From: Octopus sinensis
Taxonomy: Eukaryota
NCBI RefSeq assembly: GCF_006345805.1
Contig: NW_021833228.1
Span: 160,651 to 224,650, forward strand
Length of the DNA stretch: 64,000 nucleotides
Direction: 5' to 3'
Part shown: positions 63,568 to 64,000 of the stretch, piece by piece
Numbering within the stretch: the first letter of the stretch is position 1
How the letters are laid out: every line of letters begins with the position of its first letter
Position numbers and translations under genes: made by a program
Notes under the pieces: generated by a model
What the model was told of the DNA's origin: nothing
Databases searched by the model: none
The model's input: the letters and a program-made list of their open reading frames with translations, nothing else

Positions 63568-64000
63568 ACAAAATATTATGTTATATATGGAGAAAATATA
63601 ATTTCATATAATATATGGAGAAAATAATATTTTATATTATATATGGAGAAAATATTATTTTATATTATATATGGACAAAATTTATTTTATATTATATATG
63701 GAGAAAATATTATTTTATATTATATATGGAGAAAATATTATTTTATATTATATATGAACAAAATATTATTTCATATTATATATGGAGAAAATATTATTTT
63801 ATATTATATATGGACAAAATATTATTTTATATTATATATGGAAAAATATTATTTATATTATATATGGAAAAATATAATTTTATATTATATATGGAGAAAA
63901 TATTATTTTATATTATATATGGAGAAAATATTATTTTATATTATATATGAACAAAATATTATTTCATATTATATATGGAGAAAATATTATTTTATATTTT
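63568..64000 (+). repeat. 28-bp AT-rich minisatellite TATATATGGAGAAAATATTATTTTATAT, open at the window end
   Basis: Period measured 63721 to 63749; recurrent GAACA/GGACA variants. Confidence 0.97.

Noticed and set aside
63615-63950. 111-aa repetitive ORF
   Set aside because: Translation of the 28-bp minisatellite.

Overview
AT-rich eukaryotic DNA, probably an octopod cephalopod (inferred from remembered repeat families, not verified). 1-30.3 kb is a 103-bp satellite array (about 270 monomers, open at the left edge) with local 6- to 30-monomer higher-order duplications. It carries two copies of a ~1.07-kb TTAA-flanked piggyBac-like non-autonomous element and ends in a complex strand-inversion junction at ~30.27-30.38 kb. 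30.8-40.2 kb holds the 3' part of a spliced + strand gene encoding a C-terminal death domain. Its upstream phase 1-1 microexons sit in tandemly duplicated intron-exon cassettes, and two of them have a broken splice site. 40.4-41.3 kb is a 475-bp tandem duplication bounded by (TA)n, each unit carrying a candidate minimal type I hammerhead ribozyme on the - strand with a U3-A8 core variant. 41.3-60 kb is an almost continuous nest of decayed transposons: HERO-like, CR1-like (two), R4/Dong-like (two, plus a possible third 5' end), Penelope-like and MULE. Micro- and minisatellites fill the rest. No rRNA, tRNA gene or CRISPR array is supported. Scattered homopolymer indels suggest long-read consensus noise, so near-identical duplications and single-base lesions need read-level confirmation.
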